Assembly: GCA_035299505.1 (NCBI GenBank)
Contig: DATGWL010000042.1
Coordinates: 791 to 64,790 of the forward strand
Reading direction: 5' to 3'
DNA: 64,000 nt
Source: Saprospiraceae bacterium
GTDB lineage: Bacteria > Bacteroidota > Bacteroidia > Chitinophagales > Saprospiraceae
Below, piece after piece: positions 15,776-26,400 of the stretch. Position 1 is the first letter of the stretch, and each line of letters starts with the position of its first letter. The notes below the pieces were generated by a model. It saw only the letters and a list, made by a program, of their open reading frames with translations. It did not search any database and was not told the origin of the DNA. Made by a program: the position numbers and the translations under genes.

Positions 15776-17050
15776 ATGTCACACCAGACAAAGAAAACTG
15801 TCCTTTACCTCTTCCTGATGTTTGTTTGCGCGGGCTTAAATGCCCAGATCAACCTGAACAAGGCCAAGGATTTGGTCAAAGACAAATCGTCTAACGAAAA
15901 ATCCTCCAACGAAAAACCTACCAAACCTGAACCCAAAACTACTCCCGCAACGGAAAGGCCGGCGCCCGTAGCTGCAGAACCCCGCAGCTCGGGCACGGAA
16001 AAATCAGATAATCGTGCTGACCGCGCCAAAACTTCGCGCCAGGCCGGTGGAGATGATCGTTACAAACCTTCCAGCGTGGAGCTGGATTTTGCCTCCGAGC
16101 CCTTCGCTCCAGCCGTTTCCTGGGCCAGCCTGCTTTCGGAAAACTGCTGGTATTTCAACCCCACTACCGGCGAAATGAAACTGAACCACCTCATGGTGTC
16201 TTTTTTGCCGAAAAAGACTGTTTCCGGGGATGCAGTGCGGTATGAAAGCTTCCACAACCCTACTCCGCTGCTGCGTATGGAAGTGTGGGATACCCAGAAC
16301 AACGTGTTGAAAAACACCATGCACTACTCCGGCTCCGATGCTACCCTGCCGTTTACAGAGCTCGAAGTAATAGAAGGGTATGAGTACAAACCTTATGTAA
16401 AACTCACAGAAGGCAGTTACGAACTCCGGTTTTGGGCCGGCACCAAACATTTTTATACCCATTCCTTCAAAATCGAAAAACAGAACAATCCGGATCCCTA
16501 TGCGCCGGTACACGATTTCTATTTCCTGAAGGGCCCATGGCAGGATTGGGGCCGTGTGGAATTTGGTCCCGACGGACATTTTATCTTCCATTTTTATGCA
16601 ACCTACGAAACCACTACCATTCCCAATCAGGCACGTTGGGATATAGCCAAGCCATTCAAATACCAACTAAAAATGTACCGCGACGGCAAAATGGTGGCCG
16701 TGCACAGTTTGCAACACATTGAGAATCAACTGGAATGGTCGGATTCGCGACTCACAAACGGCACCTGGAAAAAATTTGACGCCACGTTCCATACCTATCC
16801 TCCCGCCGGTAAAGGTCAGGGCGCAGGCACCCGGGAATGGTTCCTGAAAGACCACATGAAAGACGGCGCTTACAAAGTGGAAGTACTGCTCAAAGATGAA
16901 GCAGGGGCCATCATTACCAATACCTACACCTTCACGGTAAAAGGTGGCCAGATCCTTCCTGCCCCGGAAGCAGACCGAAGCAAAAACACCGATCCGCTCC
17001 ATTTTCTGGAACAAGGCCCAGGTAGGTTTTATGTGAAAAAGGGCGGGTAA
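15776..17050 (+). CDS. Secreted hypothetical protein with a low-complexity K/S/E/P-rich linker
   Basis: Track ORF 15689..17050, trimmed to ATG 15776 (MSHQTKKTVLYLFLMFVCAGLNAQ signal peptide). No family recognised. Confidence 0.6.
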   Translation: MSHQTKKTVLYLFLMFVCAGLNAQINLNKAKDLVKDKSSNEKSSNEKPTKPEPKTTPATERPAPVAAEPRSSGTEKSDNRADRAKTSRQAGGDDRYKPSSVELDFASEPFAPAVSWASLLSENCWYFNPTTGEMKLNHLMVSFLPKKTVSGDAVRYESFHNPTPLLRMEVWDTQNNVLKNTMHYSGSDATLPFTELEVIEGYEYKPYVKLTEGSYELRFWAGTKHFYTHSFKIEKQNNPDPYAPVHDFYFLKGPWQDWGRVEFGPDGHFIFHFYATYETTTIPNQARWDIAKPFKYQLKMYRDGKMVAVHSLQHIENQLEWSDSRLTNGTWKKFDATFHTYPPAGKGQGAGTREWFLKDHMKDGAYKVEVLLKDEAGAIITNTYTFTVKGGQILPAPEADRSKNTDPLHFLEQGPGRFYVKKGG

Positions 17051-17080
17051 AACTGCGGGGTCATAAGACCCTCGCAGGGC

Positions 17081-17141
17081 AAAATGACCCTCAAATGACC
17101 CTAATGACCCCCAAATGACCCTAATGACCCTAATGACCCTT
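17081..17141. repeat. AAATGACCC(T/C)A word repeat abutting the metalloprotease start
   Basis: aaatgaccctcaaatgaccctaatgacccccaaatgaccctaatgaccctaatgaccc. G-poor on the gene-sense strand. Confidence 0.85.
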
Positions 17142-17161
17142 AACTTTTCATCCTTCATCCT

Positions 17162-19849
17162 ATGCAACCACTACCCAAATCATTCCTGATACTGGGAATG
17201 CTGTTCCTTCTCCGATTTACTACTGCCGCTCAGGAATGCGGTACTGTTCCAACTCCCGAACAAATAGAGCACCTCACCCGCACCCGCGAGGCCCGACAGG
17301 CGTTCGACATCACCCAGGTAGCCGAAGACCGCTATGGCGCCAGTATTCACTGGATTCCGGTTCAGTTTCAGGAGTGTATCCCTTCAAGTACGTCCTGGCG
17401 CTCGCTGCGCGAGTCAAATATCAGCGAATGGCTGGGCGAACTCAATGCCATGTTCCTGCCATACCGGATTCAATTCTATGAATGCAGCTCCTACACCTGG
17501 TTTGTGAGCTCTACCCTGCATTATTTTGACCTCACGGAAGAGCCACAACTGGCAGCTTACGATGTACCTAATGTAATCAATATCTATGCCTTTGGCAGTG
17601 TAACCGTTAACGGCAGCTCTGTGGCCGGGTATTCCTACCTGCCACCCAGCGCCGACCGGATTGTGCTCTCCAAGGCGGGTGGAACATTGTTTAGCAGCAA
17701 GGTGCTGATTCATGAAATGGGCCACTATCTCGGTCTGTATCATACCCACGGCAAAACCAATCTGGGTACAACTGACGAGCTGGTAAACGGAAGCAACTGC
17801 CTCTCTGCCGGCGACGATGTATGCGATACCCCCGCCGATCCGAATTTGTACACCACTATGGGCGCTAACTGTACCTACATTGGTACTGCCCTGGATGCCA
17901 ACGGACAACCCTATACGCCGAATACACACAACCACATGTCGTACGCCCAGCCAGGTTGTCGCAACCAGTTCTCTGTTGGGCAGATGAACCGCATGGCTTA
18001 CACCGCCCTTACCGACCGCAATTACCTAACTGGCTGTGCGCACCCATCCGGTTGCAACAACCCTGTGAAAGACTTGCCGGTGGTATTTGATTTTGAAAAC
18101 GGACTGGATGGCTGGATCAACAAAACCTATGAAGGCCTGGAAGACTATGGCGATGCCCTCGATTTTGTTCAGCACACAGGCGTTTCGCCCATGCCCAATA
18201 CCGGCCCGGATGAGGCTTTGTCCGGAAATGGCTACGCCGTGCTGGATGTTACCAATGTGGGTATTTACGGCGGCCTGGGTTTCCTTATCAGTCCTTGCAT
18301 TGATCTGCGCGGTGTGGAATCGCCTAAAATGACACTCTGGTATCATGCCAACGGCGCAGAGATTGGCGATATAGCTGCTCAGGTAAGCATTGATGGGGGG
18401 CACACTTATTTCGGGCCGCAGCCAGACAATGCGCTGTTTTATTTTTTGGGTCAGCAGGGCAACCAGTGGAACACCATTACCTGCGATTTAACCCCATATA
18501 GAAATGCGGCCTCCCTCCAGATTCGCCTGATTGCCGCGGGAGGCAGTTTGGGGGAGGTTGCCTTCGACAGTATTGCTTTTTATAACGATCCGAACAGCAA
18601 TTGCAGTCTTTCAGTTACCTCAGAGTTTTTGAATGTATCCTGCCATGGCGCCGCCAATGGTCAGATTTACCTCAGCCCTTTTGGCAACTTTACCCCGCCG
18701 GTAAGTTATGCCTGGTCTAACGGCGCAAGCGGCCCATACGTAACCGGACTCACACCCGGCCTTTATACCGTAACCGTTTCTGCTGCCAACGGGTGTTCCG
18801 TTATTTCCACCCTGCCGGTACTCAGCCCCAACTATTTGTATGCCACTACCACCCAAACCAATGTACTGGTGTACGGACAAAGCACCGGAAGCGCCACTGC
18901 GCAAGCCATGGGCGGAAGCCCAGGCTACAGCTATCTGTGGAGCAACGGAGCTACCACAGCCAGTATCAGTAATCTGGCAGCAGGCACTTACACCGTGACG
19001 ATTACCGACGGCAACCTGTGCACCGCCACCAAAAGCGTAACGATTACCCAGCCTGTTGTTACCTGCAGTTCCTATCAAACCACTTTCCCCTGGAGCAGCA
19101 GCATAGACCTGAATCTGGGCATTTTTGAACAGGTAACAGGCATTGACCAGTTTAACTGGACCCGCCAAAGCGGGGGAACCCCAACGGCACAATCGGGTCC
19201 GGATGCTGCGTATCATGGTAGTCATTATTGGTACACCAGAGCTTCTGGTGGCAATGCCCCCAATAAAACAGCCATGTTGAAAGCCTCCAAATGCCTCACC
19301 CTTACAAACATGAGCAATCCGGTTTTTGAATTCTATTACCACATGTATGGTAACCAAATGGGGTCGTTGAGTGTGGAAATCAGCCTGGATAACGAACAAA
19401 ACTGGGTAACGGTTTGGACTGTTTCCGGCAACCAGGGTAACCAGTGGTTGAAAGCAGTGGTAGACTTGCTGCCTTACCGTACCCCGCACACCAAAATCCG
19501 CATAAAGGGCACCACCGGAACCGGCTCCCGTTCAGATATGGCCATTGACGCCCTGTATATTGGCGAGGCCAGCGGAAATTTGTACCAACAGGAAATAGAT
19601 ATTGTACAGGCGCCGGGCATGACGGTTTACCCCAATCCGTCTGCTGGCTGGTTTGAACTGCGTATGGATGAAGGTCTGGTTTGCAACCGGGCAGAGATTT
19701 ACAATGCAGCCGGACAACGCATCTGGGCGGAAGAAACGAGTACTTCTCTGCTTACTTTTGACCTTTCTGAACAACGGCCGGGTTGTTACTATCTTCGGGT
19801 ACAAACCGGAGAAGAAGTGCAGATGGTCAAGTTGTTGTTAGTGAAATGA
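17162..19849 (+). CDS. Secreted M43 (pappalysin/cytophagalysin-like) zinc metalloprotease with two MAM-like domains, SprB-type repeats and a T9SS type-A C-terminal sorting domain
   Basis: HEMGHYLGLYHTHG plus CDTPADP. MAM-like FDFENGLDGWIN...TGPDEALSGNGYAVLD, and a second copy FNWTRQSGGTPTAQSGPD. CHGAANGQIYL repeats. C-terminus VYPNPSAGWFEL...YYLRVQTGEEVQMVKLLLVK. Confidence 0.85.
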   Translation: MQPLPKSFLILGMLFLLRFTTAAQECGTVPTPEQIEHLTRTREARQAFDITQVAEDRYGASIHWIPVQFQECIPSSTSWRSLRESNISEWLGELNAMFLPYRIQFYECSSYTWFVSSTLHYFDLTEEPQLAAYDVPNVINIYAFGSVTVNGSSVAGYSYLPPSADRIVLSKAGGTLFSSKVLIHEMGHYLGLYHTHGKTNLGTTDELVNGSNCLSAGDDVCDTPADPNLYTTMGANCTYIGTALDANGQPYTPNTHNHMSYAQPGCRNQFSVGQMNRMAYTALTDRNYLTGCAHPSGCNNPVKDLPVVFDFENGLDGWINKTYEGLEDYGDALDFVQHTGVSPMPNTGPDEALSGNGYAVLDVTNVGIYGGLGFLISPCIDLRGVESPKMTLWYHANGAEIGDIAAQVSIDGGHTYFGPQPDNALFYFLGQQGNQWNTITCDLTPYRNAASLQIRLIAAGGSLGEVAFDSIAFYNDPNSNCSLSVTSEFLNVSCHGAANGQIYLSPFGNFTPPVSYAWSNGASGPYVTGLTPGLYTVTVSAANGCSVISTLPVLSPNYLYATTTQTNVLVYGQSTGSATAQAMGGSPGYSYLWSNGATTASISNLAAGTYTVTITDGNLCTATKSVTITQPVVTCSSYQTTFPWSSSIDLNLGIFEQVTGIDQFNWTRQSGGTPTAQSGPDAAYHGSHYWYTRASGGNAPNKTAMLKASKCLTLTNMSNPVFEFYYHMYGNQMGSLSVEISLDNEQNWVTVWTVSGNQGNQWLKAVVDLLPYRTPHTKIRIKGTTGTGSRSDMAIDALYIGEASGNLYQQEIDIVQAPGMTVYPNPSAGWFELRMDEGLVCNRAEIYNAAGQRIWAEETSTSLLTFDLSEQRPGCYYLRVQTGEEVQMVKLLLVK

Positions 19850-19893
19850 AAATAAGGTCATTTAAGCGTCATTTGGGTCATTTAGGTTATTAA

Positions 19894-19962
19894 ATCAACG
19901 TGGGTTGTCATCCCGGGAACCCACGTTGATTCCGTTGTTGGCGTCCTCGCCAACAACGGAAT
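19894..19962 (+). terminator. Two abutting strong hairpins downstream of the metalloprotease gene
   Basis: atcaacgtgggtt (19894-19906) pairs with aacccacgttgat (19918-19930). attccgttgttggcg (19929-19943) pairs with cgccaacaacggaat (19948-19962). Preceded by GGTCATTT words at 19855-19890. Confidence 0.5.
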
Positions 19963-20044
19963 CAACTTTGCTCCTTAGTGCCTTTGTGTCTTTGCGCCTT
20001 CGTGTCCCTTACTTCGTATCTTCTTCAATAAAATCTCTCTTCTC

Positions 20045-23000
20045 ATGAAAAAATCCCTACTAATACCGCTTTTCGGGTTATCTCTTTTTTGCCTTCGGGT
20101 AAATGCCCAGGTGGCCTGGCTGGATGCCGGATTTGGCACAAATGGCATAACACTGGCAGCAAACCAGCCCAATGTCAAACCATTACGAGCCAATATGACC
20201 TTGCAGCCGGACGGCAAAGCGCTGGTCAGGGTAATTAAACGAGACACCATCACGAATGTGTACACGGTCTGGCTGCATCGTTTTGGGCTGGATGGCGATG
20301 TGGATACCGGATTTGGTCAAAATGGCCAGGTATTGATTGATACCACCTATTGGAATACAGAACCGGTAACCAATGATGCTAATCTGCTGCCCGACGGGAA
20401 AATACTCCTGGCAACACCCACGTCTTCCAACAATAAATTGTTTACCACCATTACCCGACTGAATCCGGATGGATCGCCGGATGAAGATTTTAGCGTGAAT
20501 GGTCGGCTGAAATTAGAGGAGATCATTGATTTTAATGGTCTGCAACCCAGATTGGTTGACCTGGAAGTACAGCCAAATGGACGCATTGTATTGATTTATA
20601 ATTCCTATTACTCCCTGTTGGCAGAATATGGATTCAGGATATTAAAACCCAATGGCGATATACTGCCCGGATATGAAGAAATTGTTTGGGGCAATACTGA
20701 TATAGATGAATACATGACACAGGCTATTGTCTTGCCTGATGGTAAGATACTGATTGGCGGCAAACGTGACCCTATTAGCGGGCAGCCCTATGGAACAGAT
20801 TTTGTGCTGCAGCGCTTTGACGTGGCCGGTTTTGCTGACGAGGATTTTGGCAATACCGGTATTGCCCTGGCAGATTATAATGATCAGCAGGAGTTGATGA
20901 CGGATATGCTGATGGAGCCGGATGGCGGGATTGTGACCGTTGGCACAACCGACGGCAACACCCTGATGCTGGCCAGATTTACGTCTGATGGCGACCTGGA
21001 TGCATCCTTTGGCGTGGACGGGGTATCCACGATCCCGGGTTTTCCGGTGGTATCGTCGCGTCCGGCTATGTCGCGCGCCACAGATGGTAAGTTGGTGGTG
21101 GCAGGTGGCGAGTACGAATTCAATACCCTTCATGATGAGGAAGCTGCCATAGCGCGTTTCCTGCCTAATGGCGAAATAGACGTCACTTTTGGAGCCCTTG
21201 GAGTAGTGTATTTACCGCCGGCAACTACCGGGATTAATGCCATTTTCCAGGATGTAGCCGTTCTGCCGGATAGGCGCATACTTACCTGTGGTATCCGTTA
21301 TGACGGAGAAAACCAAGTCTTGCTGGCGCGTTTTATGCCAGACACCAGTGCGGTGATTTGGTATCACGATCAGGATGGCGACAGCTACGGCAATGCTGCC
21401 GATACGGTTTATGCTTTTGATGCTCCTCCGGGTTATGTGGCCAATGCCGATGATTGTGACGATGTAAATGCTGCCGTGAATCCGGCGGCCCTGGAAATTT
21501 GTGGCAACAACATTGATGAAAACTGCGATGGTATTTTGGCCACAGATACGGTTGCGCCGCTGGCAGTTTGTTTGCCCCAGGTGAAATATTACATGAATGA
21601 GATAGGGCTGATTACCATATCTCCGGAAAGTCTGAACGATGGCAGTACTGATAACTGCGCCACTAACCTGCATTTCAGTTCTTCCATAACCCAGTTAACC
21701 TGTTCCGACCTGCCTGTACAGATGGCTGTGGTTACGGTAACCGATGATGCCGGGAACAGCAGCACGTGTAATACCCTGATAAAATTTATCGACACCCTGG
21801 CGCCGGTGGCTATTTGTGTGCCGGTTATTACCCTCACTATCGGGCCATTCGGGCAGCCGGCAATCATTACGGCAGCAGATATAGACGATGGCAGTTACGA
21901 CAACTGTGGCCCGATCATTGCCTCCTGGCTGGATAAAACCCAGTTCACCTGTGCCGATCTTGGAGTACAACAGGTTACGCTTACCGTGGTGGAAAATGGC
22001 AGTCTAACCAGTACCTGCACAGCAGTGGTGAAAGTTAAAGATGTGAACGCACCTATAGCCATTTGTGCGCAACAGGTAGTGGTAGGCCTGGATGAAAATG
22101 GCTTGGCTACCATTACGCCGGATGATGTCGATCAAGGTAGTTATGATAATTGCAGTGATACCCTGATGAAATACCTCAGCAAAACAGATTTTTCCTGTGC
22201 CGATCTGGGCATAGAGCAGCCCATTGTACTGGCCGTGGAGGATATTTATTTCAATAGAAATGAATGCACGACTATGGTTACGGTAGTTGACAAAATAAAG
22301 CCCGTCCAAATTTGTGATCAGTTTAGCAGCGTTAGCCTTGATGCAAATGGCGAGGTGCAATTGCAGCCTGCGGTGTTTAATGACGGCAGCTTCGACAACT
22401 GTTTGGGGGCATTGACCTTTTCGCTGGATATCTCTTATTTTAATTGCGATGATCTGGGAGATCATTTGGTGACCACTACCTGCACCGACGAAAGCGGGAA
22501 CTTCAGTACCTGCCAGACTATCCTGACCGTGCAGGATAAATTGCCCCCGGTGATGTGGTGTGTAGATTCCCTTACTGTTGAGCTGGACGATATTGGCTTG
22601 ATAACCATCAATCCGGCAGATTTGGACAATGGCAGCACCGATAACTGCGGGATTGTGGTGTGGGCGGCGGATCCGCCCCAATTGTCGGCCCTGCAAATCG
22701 GGGTAAATGAGGTGACGCTGACAGGAATAGATACCTCGGAGAATGCGGCAACTTGCGTAACGGTGGTTACCCTGTTGGACGGCGAAGTAAGCACCCAGGA
22801 ATTGCCGGCAGAAGCCTTTAAACTGACACCCAACCCTTCGAATGGTTTGTGTTACCTGCGTATGCAATCGGGCAGACAAGCACAAAAAGTGGACCTTTAC
22901 AATGCCGCCGGACAATGGTTGTGGTCGGAAAACGGGGCATTCAATGCATTGAACCTGGATTTTAGTGCACAACCGGCCGGCACCTATTATCTTCGGGTAC

Positions 23001-23047
23001 AATCAGACCAATTTACCCGGATGGTCAAGGTGGTTTTGGTGAAATAA
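20045..23047 (+). CDS. T9SS-secreted adhesin-like protein: delta-60-type repeats, MopE-like metal-binding motif, six Ig/HYR-like modules of about 80 aa, type-A sorting domain
   Basis: Signal peptide. Repeated D-x-x-FG-x-x-G motifs (LDAGFGTNGI, VDTGFGQNGQ, LDASFGVDGV). DQDGDSYG...CDDVNAAVNPAALEICGNNIDENCDG. Repeated D-T-x-A-P...NDGSxDNC...modules. C-terminus LTPNPSNGLCYL...YYLRVQSDQFTRMVKVVLVK. Confidence 0.85.
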   Translation: MKKSLLIPLFGLSLFCLRVNAQVAWLDAGFGTNGITLAANQPNVKPLRANMTLQPDGKALVRVIKRDTITNVYTVWLHRFGLDGDVDTGFGQNGQVLIDTTYWNTEPVTNDANLLPDGKILLATPTSSNNKLFTTITRLNPDGSPDEDFSVNGRLKLEEIIDFNGLQPRLVDLEVQPNGRIVLIYNSYYSLLAEYGFRILKPNGDILPGYEEIVWGNTDIDEYMTQAIVLPDGKILIGGKRDPISGQPYGTDFVLQRFDVAGFADEDFGNTGIALADYNDQQELMTDMLMEPDGGIVTVGTTDGNTLMLARFTSDGDLDASFGVDGVSTIPGFPVVSSRPAMSRATDGKLVVAGGEYEFNTLHDEEAAIARFLPNGEIDVTFGALGVVYLPPATTGINAIFQDVAVLPDRRILTCGIRYDGENQVLLARFMPDTSAVIWYHDQDGDSYGNAADTVYAFDAPPGYVANADDCDDVNAAVNPAALEICGNNIDENCDGILATDTVAPLAVCLPQVKYYMNEIGLITISPESLNDGSTDNCATNLHFSSSITQLTCSDLPVQMAVVTVTDDAGNSSTCNTLIKFIDTLAPVAICVPVITLTIGPFGQPAIITAADIDDGSYDNCGPIIASWLDKTQFTCADLGVQQVTLTVVENGSLTSTCTAVVKVKDVNAPIAICAQQVVVGLDENGLATITPDDVDQGSYDNCSDTLMKYLSKTDFSCADLGIEQPIVLAVEDIYFNRNECTTMVTVVDKIKPVQICDQFSSVSLDANGEVQLQPAVFNDGSFDNCLGALTFSLDISYFNCDDLGDHLVTTTCTDESGNFSTCQTILTVQDKLPPVMWCVDSLTVELDDIGLITINPADLDNGSTDNCGIVVWAADPPQLSALQIGVNEVTLTGIDTSENAATCVTVVTLLDGEVSTQELPAEAFKLTPNPSNGLCYLRMQSGRQAQKVDLYNAAGQWLWSENGAFNALNLDFSAQPAGTYYLRVQSDQFTRMVKVVLVK

Positions 23048-23455
23048 ATTTAGGGTTATTTGGGGTCATTTAGGGGTCATTTGGGAGGTCATTTAGGGGT
23101 CATTTGGGAGGTCATTTATAGGTCATTTAGGTCATTTTGGGGTCATTTGGGAGGTCATTTATAGGTCATTTGGGTTATTTAATCAACGTGGGTTGTCATC
23201 CAGAGCGCAGCGAAGGACCTACACAAGCCCGGTTCCCGAAATGCTTTGGCCCAATGCACCCGAATAGCCTGGCTTGTGTAGGTCCCGAGTACTCGGGAAA
23301 ACAACCCACGTTGATTAAATGACCCAAATGACCCCTAAATGACCTAAATGTCCCCCAAATGACCCCCAAATAACCCCTAAATGACCTAAATGTCCTAAAT
23401 GACCTATAATGCCCCCAAATAACCCCCTAAATGCCCCATTTAATCACCTAATCTC
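23048..23455. repeat. 408-bp word-repeat palindrome filling the whole intergenic gap (GGTCATTT(A/G)G arm, nested hairpins, AAATGACC arm)
   Basis: About 12 GGTCATTTRGG-type words occupy 23055-23175. An outer stem pairs tttaatcaacgtgggttgt (23178-23196) with acaacccacgttgattaaa (23301-23319). An inner 15-bp stem pairs 23215-23229 with 23271-23285. The palindrome cccgagtactcggg lies at 23284-23297. About 12 AAATGACC-type words then run to the next ATG. Confidence 0.9.
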
Positions 23456-26400
23456 ATGCGTACATATCTCATCCTGATCCTGATTTCTATCTCCGCATTC
23501 CTTGCGGCCCAAACCACTGAAAACTGCAGCAACGGCCTCGACGACGATGCCGACGGGCTGATAGACTGCTACGATGTAGCCGATTGCCCCTGTGCATCGG
23601 TGCATGATTGTACCCTGGAAAAAACCAGGCTGCCGCGAAACCTGGAGTTAAAATGGTCGCATTCCTCAGTTATAGCCAATCAACGAACACCCATTGTTGG
23701 GAATCTCAATCCATGGGTTGATGACATTCCGGAAATTATTTTGACGATCACATTCAACTCTATGGGTAATGAATGGATTGAGATCATGTCTGGTGATGGT
23801 TCCAATTCAGCTACCCCGGACAAATTGTTTGTAGGCGTTAACAACATTGGTTTGTATCAAATTCCATTCATTGCCGATCTGGATCGAAACGGAGTGCCGG
23901 AGTTGATAATTACAGGCACCGATAAAAAAATCAAAGTATTTACCCAATATACGCCTGGCGCCAATCCACCCATGCAACTGTGGATGGAATCTGTAGATAC
24001 CGTCGCTTCTGCAACGTATTTATCCTATCCGGCAGATTTTGACGGGGATGGTATTTCAGAAATTTACGCCGGGAATGAAGTTTTTGGCCTTGATTTTAGT
24101 AATCCGGCAGCTCCGGCACTAAAACTTCTCGCCAAGGGTACGGGCCCCAACGGTTCAATCATTGGTCGCCTGACCAGCCCTATTGCCGCAGATCTGCTTG
24201 ATCCAGCTGATTGCAACGGCGATCCGGATTGTGCCGGACTGGAATTAGCGGCCGGATTTGGCATTTATTCCGTGGATATTGATCCCAATGATGGCGATGG
24301 CATGGAACTTAAGTTGCAACGTGACATCAACAATACTTCCGGACAAAATTTTGGTGATGGTTATACGGCAGTAGCCGATCTCAACCTGGATGGCATCCTG
24401 GAGGTGGCGGTGACTGGTACCAGAAATCAGCAGTTGGGCGTGTATGTGTGGAATAAAACCGGTTTTTGGCGCTTTTTTTCTATGGGTTTCAATTCTTTGG
24501 GCACTTGGGATGGAATGGGCGCCTGTTCTGTTCATAATGTTTTTGACGACCGTACCCAGGGCTTTGCAGAAGATTGGCCGGAGATTCTGGTTCGGTACGA
24601 TAAACGTGTTCGTTGTTTTAGTCTGCATGCCCAAATGGCCAATGCCGGGGCGCCATTCTGGTGGTCGAGCGATGGTTTGCTGATTGATGATCCCTCTGGA
24701 AAAGGAGCACCTACCTGTTTCGATTTTGACAATAACGGGCTGGCAGAGGTGTTAATCCAGGATGAAACAAAACTATACATGCTTTATGGCGGTTCTGCGC
24801 CTTTTCCGCCGGGTGTGGGCGCCAACCGGGTGATTACCTCTTTTCCGGCACGGGGGAATACTCATTTGGAAAGCCCGGTAGTGGCGGATGTAGATGGAGA
24901 CGGATTGACGGAAATACTGGCCTATGATTTTACGATCATCAACAATGTAGGGATGTCAACGCAACTGGTTTTAACGCCGCAAAACCCGGACTATTCCCAC
25001 TGGCTGCCTGCGCGAAAAGTCTGGAACCAGTATAATTATTTCCCGGCTGGTATCAATGATGATCTGACGGTTCCTGCGGTTCAGCAGAATAGCGCGCTGG
25101 AATGGCCCGGACCCGGTAGCGGAAAACGACCGCTCAATATTTTTCTGTCGCAAATACCCGCTTATTTCCATCCCGATGGCGATCCCTATACCCCTTCAGC
25201 GGATCTGACTGTTGAAGTGGAGAGCGCCATTTGTATGTTGCCGCAATTTCAGGTTACCCTGCGCATTTGTAACCAGGGAGAAATGCCCTCGGCAGATACT
25301 ACAAAAGTGCGCTTTTACCGGGGCGGCAATCCGTTTGTTGTGCCCACCTCCAATTCCTTTGGCGGCATATTTACGGTGAGTACCCAGGCTATACCGCCAG
25401 ATAGTTGTTTTACCTACACATTGAACCTGCCCGTTGCCAGCGGCAATATCTATGCGGTATTGAATGACTGGGGCAATTTCCCCACGCCGTTGCCAGGCGG
25501 CGATACTTTGTTTTATCGTCAGGAATGTGACCTGGCCAACAATGTGGATGTTTTCACCATGAACCTCTCCAATGGCTTACCGCTGAGCCTGGGCCCAGAC
25601 CGGGTGTATTGTGCGGGCAACACGCTCACGCTTTCGGCTACGCCAGGATTCAATACTTATTTGTGGCAAAACGGCGCCACAGCAGCGTCTATTCAGGTAG
25701 GGGCGCCCGGTTTGTATTGGGTGGAGGCCCGGGATTTGTGTTTCAATATTCGTCGGGATACGGTGTTGCTGACTCCCGGCGAATCTTTTCAAACCATTCA
25801 GGCAACAGCCTGCGCCGGAACCTTTTTTACCTATAATGCCCAAAACATCCCGGCGGGCGACACGCAGCAGTTTACCTTCACCAATGCGCTTGGTTGCGAC
25901 TCCATTGTGACGGTGGTGGTGGATCTTTTACCTCAGGATACCCTCGCTGAAACCCGCCAAATTTGTGCCGGCGATTCCACCCTTGTGTTTGGCGCTTATG
26001 TGCAAACAGCCGGACAATACAGTCAAACCTTTACCAATCAGTTTGGCTGCGATTCTCTTTATCTCATAGAGGTACAGGTAACAACAGCTGTGCCGCCCAC
26101 CGGCGAAACGCGCCAGATCTGCGCCGGCGATTCCACTCTGGTATTTGGCTCATATGTACAAGCCGCCGGGGCCTATCCACAAACCTTCAGCAGTGTAAGC
26201 GGCTGCGATTCGGTGCATACAATCACGGTACAATTGTTACCCACGCCTTTGCCTACCGGCGAGACGCGCCAGATTTGCCCGGGCGATTCCACTCTGGTAT
26301 TTGGCGCTTATGTAAAAACTGCCGGGGCCTATCCGCAAACCTTCAGCAGTACAAGCGGTTGCGATTCGGTGCATACAATCACGGTGCAATTGTTACCTGC

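Noticed and set aside
23137-23322. 61-aa ORF (..CHPERSEGPTQ..)
   Set aside because: It lies entirely within the nested hairpin module of the intergenic palindrome, and the peptide is a translation of repeat sequence.
23048-23455. CRISPR array interpretation of the tandem short repeats here and at 9928-9985, 34500-34680 and 44233-44292
   Set aside because: The units are 7-11 nt with no unique spacers, the arrays are arranged as inverted arms, and no cas genes are present.
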